From Escherichia phage VEc74, in the sequence record MT932213.1: DNA of 64,000 nucleotides; one strand, given 5' to 3'. Positions 58,601 through 64,000 of the stretch are shown one piece after another. The notes under the pieces are model-generated. The model ran no database searches. It worked only from the letters and a program-made list of their open reading frames with translations, and was not told the DNA's origin. A program made the translations under genes and the position numbers. The first letter of the stretch is position 1. Every line of letters starts with the position of its first letter.

Positions 58601-58860
58601 ATACTGGCTTCTTTGAGTTTCGTTTTAGCAATAGTTAACTGATCGAGGCTTTCGGCGTAATTCTTCGCGAGTTCATCATCTTCACAGCTATCAAATGCTT
58701 CCCAAAATTCATCGTATAAAGCATCAAAGATAAGTCCTAAACGAACTTCAGCGTCTTTAATAGCATTTACTTTACCGATTTTTTCGTCGGTATGTGGCTT
58801 ATAACCTTTAATATCTTCAATCATATTTGACTTCCTCACCAGTACATAAATCGTATTCAA
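58558..58860 (-). CDS. hypothetical protein
   Basis: 100-aa ORF. Confidence 0.4.
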   Translation of the reverse strand: MNTIYVLVRKSNMIEDIKGYKPHTDEKIGKVNAIKDAEVRLGLIFDALYDEFWEAFDSCEDDELAKNYAESLDQLTIAKTKLKEASMWACRAVFQPEEKY

Positions 58861-59038
58861 CTAAACGAATAGGTTCATGAATGCCATATCCCTGAACAGA
58901 AATTTCTGTAGTAGGATAAATTCCATTAATATCACCCATGTTCCATGCTTCGTTAAATTGCTGTTCGCCTGAATTACTAAACCATTCGGCGAAAGCATTT
59001 AGCACATCTTCAGAACCTTCAATAATTATCTTTGCCAT
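58817..59038 (-). CDS. hypothetical protein
   Basis: 73-aa ORF. Confidence 0.4.
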   Translation of the reverse strand: MAKIIIEGSEDVLNAFAEWFSNSGEQQFNEAWNMGDINGIYPTTEISVQGYGIHEPIRLVEYDLCTGEEVKYD

Positions 59039-59400
59039 TACAAACTCTCGGTAAAGGTACGAGCGATAACATCGCGCTGCTGTTCCGGAGTCAGAGAGTT
59101 AAAGCGAACTGCATAACCGGATACACGAATGGTCAGCTGCGGATATTTTTCCGGATGCTTAACTGCATCTTCCAGAGTTTCACGACGCAGAACGTTAACG
59201 TTCAGGTGTTGACCACCTTCAATTTTAACTGTAGGCTGTGGCTCAATTTCAATTTCACGGGCATGCAAACCATAGAAAATTTCTGGGTCTACAAAAGAGT
59301 CCTCTTTAAAGGTTTTAGAAACGATAATTCGTGCTTGAATACCATCTTCAAAATAAATAGTACCTTTATGTGTGCCTTCAAGAATTTGATATGCTTTCAT
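59038..59400 (-). CDS. autonomous glycyl radical cofactor (GrcA/YfiD-like)
   Basis: 120-aa ORF with the glycyl-radical signature RVSGYAV near the C-terminus. Confidence 0.75.
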   Translation of the reverse strand: MKAYQILEGTHKGTIYFEDGIQARIIVSKTFKEDSFVDPEIFYGLHAREIEIEPQPTVKIEGGQHLNVNVLRRETLEDAVKHPEKYPQLTIRVSGYAVRFNSLTPEQQRDVIARTFTESL

Positions 59401-59407
59401 ATAAACC

Positions 59408-59740
59408 TCAATTAGAAAATAAATTTATCCAAGATTGTTCTTTAATTAAAAATGGCTCAGAATCATATGCCATTAAACTCTGTGTGATTAGTCCTTTAAA
59501 AGGCCCATCAATAAATTCCATGGTAAAATATGGAATTTTATTCATTAGCCGTGCATTAGGAGCAGTGCACAAAACTCTGCATCCTTTGAATACACCTTTT
59601 TGTAATTTGTATTGTTTGGGATAAAATTCGCTTAAAATGTTGTTATTTGCCAAAATTTCAAAATGATTCACCAATTTATTTTTAATAGTTTTTGGCGAAA
59701 AATAAAGATATTCGAAAAGCTGAGTGTCTGTCATCATTGC
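59408..59740 (-). CDS. hypothetical protein
   Basis: ORF from the internal ATG (MMTDTQ). Confidence 0.4.
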   Translation of the reverse strand, partial: AMMTDTQLFEYLYFSPKTIKNKLVNHFEILANNNILSEFYPKQYKLQKGVFKGCRVLCTAPNARLMNKIPYFTMEFIDGPFKGLITQSLMAYDSEPFLIKEQSWINLFSN

Positions 59741-60273
59741 ATTCCAATTACGAAAAACTGTGGACGAGTAATACCACCAATACAACATTTAATATTACAG
59801 CAGCAGTGTACAGTGTCAATATGGACACTATAAATCTTATCCATATCAGGAGATTTGACAGGCTCATCAATTATATATAAAATTCGCGAAAGCGATAAAC
59901 CTCTGAACTTGCTTCCTTTATTACCAATAAAACTGCGCACAGAATCAGTAAATAAACGAAAACGTATATCATCATTAGAATAACGCGAAAATTCCTTTTT
60001 AATGTTATTTGCAGAAATTTTAGCGTAAGCTGAAGTATTAGAAAGAACAATAACTGTTCCGCCATCATACAACCAATTAGCAGCAAAGTTAGTCACAGCA
60101 ATTGATTTACCGGATTGACGTCCACCATCTAGTCGAAGTGTACAATACTGTTTAAGTAAGTCTTCAAATGGCGGGATATATTCGTTTTTACAAATTTCTT
60201 CTACTCTAGCATCAGAATGGTGTGTAAAAGCATTCATCAGGGATAGATAAGGACCAGTTAAAAATGTTCTCAT
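59734..60273 (-). CDS. P-loop NTPase-like protein
   Basis: Walker A GGRQSGKS and Walker B ILYIIDEP; start at the internal ATG (MRTFL); the Cys-rich C-terminal tail overlaps the next ORF. Confidence 0.4.
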   Translation of the reverse strand: MRTFLTGPYLSLMNAFTHHSDARVEEICKNEYIPPFEDLLKQYCTLRLDGGRQSGKSIAVTNFAANWLYDGGTVIVLSNTSAYAKISANNIKKEFSRYSNDDIRFRLFTDSVRSFIGNKGSKFRGLSLSRILYIIDEPVKSPDMDKIYSVHIDTVHCCCNIKCCIGGITRPQFFVIGMQ

Positions 60274-60309
60274 TTTATTCTCTCTAAATTTGGGCCATTC
60301 CATGGCGCA

Positions 60310-60341
60310 TGAATTGTCCATTTCTGTATTTACCCATTACC
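60310..60341. repeat. 32-bp direct repeat, copy 1 (flanks the ip cassette)
   Basis: TGAATTGTCCaTTTCTgTATTTACCCATTACC; 30 of 32 identical to the copy at 60946-60977. Confidence 0.6.
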
Positions 60342-60414
60342 GCACTTGGGCTCGACCTTATTACAGGTTGGCGGGAATCCCTCACAGAATCATGAGGTCC
60401 AGGTTGTTCCCATG

Positions 60415-60888
60415 TTATTTGAACGATTTAACGTACTGAATAGAACCTTTACTATTCACAAAGGCAATTTTACCATTTTTGTTATACATAGTAGCAGTAC
60501 GTTGATAGCCATAAGTTTGCTTACCAGATTGATAACCAACTAATGCAAAATTATCTTCACCCATTTTATTCTGTTTAGCGCGAATGCGTTCATGACCATG
60601 TGCCATAAGAACCTTAGCATCACCAGTTGCAATGGATCGACGAGTTTTTTCATCTTCAACTGTATTAACAAAGTCGTCAAATGAATCAAATTTAGCATGA
60701 GATTTATTATACAGTTTTCCATCTACTGCATAATTATATCCTTGTACATCCATCTCAACTTCTGTACCATCATCTAATACAGCAGTAATTTTCTGTCCTT
60801 TTTTAAATTTCAAAAGATCAGTAAAAGATTCAGCAATAATTTGAGAATTAATAGCTGCCTCAGTAATAAATTCTTGATATGTTTTCAT
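60415..60888 (-). CDS. internal protein with capsid targeting sequence (IPII-like)
   Basis: 157-aa ORF starting MKTYQEFITE, the CTS shared by T4 internal proteins. Confidence 0.6.
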   Translation of the reverse strand: MKTYQEFITEAAINSQIIAESFTDLLKFKKGQKITAVLDDGTEVEMDVQGYNYAVDGKLYNKSHAKFDSFDDFVNTVEDEKTRRSIATGDAKVLMAHGHERIRAKQNKMGEDNFALVGYQSGKQTYGYQRTATMYNKNGKIAFVNSKGSIQYVKSFK

Positions 60889-60945
60889 GTATATCCTTTA
60901 AATGTAAATAGTTTTATTCTTTAAGTTTTGGACAATTCATGCGTG

Positions 60946-60977
60946 TGAATTGTCCGTTTCTATATTTACCCATTACC
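60946..60977. repeat. 32-bp direct repeat, copy 2, preceded by a 10-bp stem hairpin
   Basis: TGAATTGTCCgTTTCTaTATTTACCCATTACC with GGACAATTCA/TGAATTGTCC hairpin at 60930-60955. Confidence 0.6.
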
Positions 60978-60996
60978 AGGTTCGAACTCGGCTTTA

Positions 60997-61561
60997 TTAA
61001 GAATTACCGCGGGCTGCATTAGCAACGGCGTAAGCGTACTGAACATTAGCGTCTTTAAACGTACCTTTAGAGGTATCTAGTTCTGCCTTAAAGCCACCTT
61101 TAGTCATAACCTCGGCGAATTCTTTACGGAAAGCCATTGCATCAAGACTTCTCCATGATGATTTGTGCTTGGCGAATTCAAGACCAGCGTAGTTGACAGC
61201 CTTAGCTAATTTATTATCAATAACCCATTTACCAGCTTTAGGCACAAACACCGGGCCTTTCTGTTTAGAGAACAGTTTTAAATTCCAGCGACGAAGGTCA
61301 CCGTCGGCTTTAACAAAAGCTGCGTCTAAGTTACTAGCAACAACATCCTGAATATGGCCAAATTTAAGCCCATCAACTTCAATATTTAGATCGGTACGCC
61401 AGCGAAGTCCTTCCCAAGCGAAAGCTTTAAAGTCGGAAGCCTTTGTAGCTAAGTACCGTTCAATAGGAGCCGTTTCCCGATCGATAGGTCCACTCATCTT
61501 TATTAATGCCTTTGGCCTTTTCCACAGAAGCTTCAGCGATAAATTCTTTATACGTTTTCAT
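60997..61561 (-). pseudogene. internal protein III-like gene with its CTS leader in a different reading frame
   Basis: 33-codon ORF MKTYKEFIAEASVEKAKGINKDEWTYRSGNGSY (61460-61561) overlaps the 166-aa body ORF (60997-61497) in another frame; the junction lies at a G-run. Confidence 0.45.
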
Positions 61562-61577
61562 GTGTTTCCTTTAATTT

Positions 61578-61895
61578 TTATTCTTTAGGGAAGTTTTTAG
61601 AATATGCATCATAAAGCTTATTTCCAATACGGCGGAAAACTCTAGCCGCAAAACGATTTTCTGGGTTTTTAATCATGATTTGCATCATATAAGTACCCGC
61701 GTCAGAAAGAGCTTCTTCATAGTACCCATTAATTTCTTTAAGAGTCCTACGTTTACCACCAGGACCATCAACAGTGATTTTCCATTTACCTGTAGAAGTG
61801 CGACTTGGCGGCTCAACTTGTTCAATCCAGATATAACCACCTTCTACACGTTGTCCTGCAGCAGATTCTGCAATAAATTCTTGATAGGTTTTCAT
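61578..61895 (-). CDS. internal protein with capsid targeting sequence
   Basis: 105-aa ORF starting MKTYQEFIAE. Confidence 0.6.
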   Translation of the reverse strand: MKTYQEFIAESAAGQRVEGGYIWIEQVEPPSRTSTGKWKITVDGPGGKRRTLKEINGYYEEALSDAGTYMMQIMIKNPENRFAARVFRRIGNKLYDAYSKNFPKE

Positions 61896-61949
61896 GTGTT
61901 TCCTTTAAATATTTTAATTAGTAATTTGTCTCTTCAAGTAACTGTGAAT

Positions 61950-61979
61950 ATACTATCACAATTCCAAGAGAAAGTAAAC
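61950..61979 (-). promoter_or_regulatory. T4-type early promoter
   Basis: GTTTAC, 17 bp, TAGTAT. Confidence 0.45.
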
Positions 61980-61983
61980 AACT

Positions 61984-62952
<969 letters not shown>

Positions 62953-62971
<19 letters not shown>

Positions 62972-63315
62972 TCACTCACAAACTCTTTCATTGACTCATT
63001 TTCAATATAAGACATGTAGCTATTATATTCCTTTAATTGTATTTTGTAATCCTTTTTTCTTTGCCAATTTATTTTAAAATTATCATAATGAAAATATAAA
63101 ATGATACCAAAGAATGAAAACAATGAAATAATTTTAGTATAACAAAGCTCACTCCAAACTTCTGTTATATTTACTGTGCCGTCGATGTTTAAAATAAGAC
63201 AGTCAATTAACAATCCAAAAAGACTACCCGCAAGAGCTGCAGCCAACGCCACAGCAAAAATTAAAAATGACTCAGGAAACGAATATTTGACTTTATTTAG
63301 TTTTGGCTTTTGCAT
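62953..63315 (-). CDS. membrane protein
   Basis: 120-aa ORF with two hydrophobic segments. Confidence 0.45.
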
Positions 63316-63689
63316 CGTGATTCCTTAACAAATTTCATAATTTCATCAAATTCATACGCAGCAAGTTTAAGCTGATGTTCCTTTTTAATCTTTTTACACT
63401 GTGCTTTCCAATCACGTACGCGTTTACGATAATGTCTTCCTTGATACCAGTATCCTACCCAATTTACGGGTACTAATAAAAGTGGAACTATTAATGGAAG
63501 AATTAGCATTAACACAAGTATTTCGCCAGAATCAATATCAGTCATAACATCTAAAACACCTCCAATAATCAATAGAATTACAAATGATATAAGTATAACA
63601 GGACCTATTAATACATCAGTAGAAATTATCTGACGCTTTAATTCATACTTCAACGGTTTACTTGGAAGGTATAGTGATGGTTTTGACAT
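63297..63689 (-). CDS. membrane protein
   Basis: ORF from the internal ATG (MSKPSLYL) with two TM segments. Confidence 0.45.
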   Translation of the reverse strand: MSKPSLYLPSKPLKYELKRQIISTDVLIGPVILISFVILLIIGGVLDVMTDIDSGEILVLMLILPLIVPLLLVPVNWVGYWYQGRHYRKRVRDWKAQCKKIKKEHQLKLAAYEFDEIMKFVKESRCKSQN

Positions 63690-64000
63690 ATTCTCTACAT
63701 TCCTTAACAAATTTTTCTAGTAATAAATCACTTTCAAAATTAGGATTTTCCACTAATTTATCAAAAAGATCATCAACAATATTCAAGATATTTCTTTTAC
63801 TAAGAATACGTTTATTTTCATGCTTCGTTTCAGAATCAACTATAAGAGTAAAGAAATATTTCTTTCCCTGAAATTTTACCGTAGTATCAATATAGAATAA
63901 ATTTGACTTTTGTAAGTTACGTTTAAACCATGCGTCACTTAAACTATAAACACCGAGATAATCAAAATCGTCGTTTAAATAACAAACTGTCCATTCAGGA
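63670..64000 (-). CDS. hypothetical protein, 5'-truncated by the window edge
   Basis: open minus-strand frame from the window end to a stop at 63670-63672; hand-translated. Confidence 0.35.

Noticed and set aside
60971-60990. tRNA-like GGTTCGAA motif
   Set aside because: The flanking sequence does not form an acceptor stem, anticodon arm or T-arm; it is part of the 32-bp direct repeat next to the ip cassette.

Overview
This window is a contiguous early/middle-region segment of a T4-like (T-even, Tevenvirinae) phage genome, running in T4 map order from rIIA to lysozyme e and nudE. Almost all genes are on the minus strand, tightly packed with frequent ATGA/overlapping start-stop junctions. Recognisable core genes: rIIA, topoisomerase II large subunit (fused gene 39+60 form), dexA, dda, modA/modB, soc, 56, 61, sp, dmd, 41, 40, uvsX, 42, imm, 43, regA, 62, 44, 45, rpbA, 46, 47, alpha-gt, 55, nrdH-like, nrdG, nrdD, 49, pin, nrdC, rI, tk, regB, a GrcA-like glycyl-radical cofactor, internal proteins, e and nudE. 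Between them lie many small ORFs and a roughly 11.5-kb hyperplastic nrdC-tk region. Non-coding signals include T4-type early promoters (GTTTAC -35, TGGTATAAT or TGGTACTAT extended -10), MotA-box middle promoter candidates, TATAAATA late promoters upstream of soc and e, and a family of GC hairpins with UUCG-type tetraloops that act as terminators or mRNA stabilisers. Several hairpin-plus-promoter pairs resemble the PeSL mobile regulatory cassettes described for T4-type phages. No tRNA, rRNA, CRISPR array, dam, or homing endonuclease gene was recognised. The strongest candidates for undescribed biology are: a tandem array of four divergent coiled-coil paralogs; an AAA+ ATPase / Pol-beta nucleotidyltransferase / membrane-protein cluster; a 54-aa ORF with a capsid-targeting-sequence-like N-terminus next to the primase gene; an IPIII-like gene whose targeting leader sits in a different frame; an ip cassette flanked by 32-bp direct repeats; and an opposite-strand small membrane ORF where T4 carries dam. 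All identifications rest on reading the translations and on recalled T4 gene order and sizes; no database search was run, and hand-derived coordinates of short ORFs and motifs may be off by 1-2 bases.
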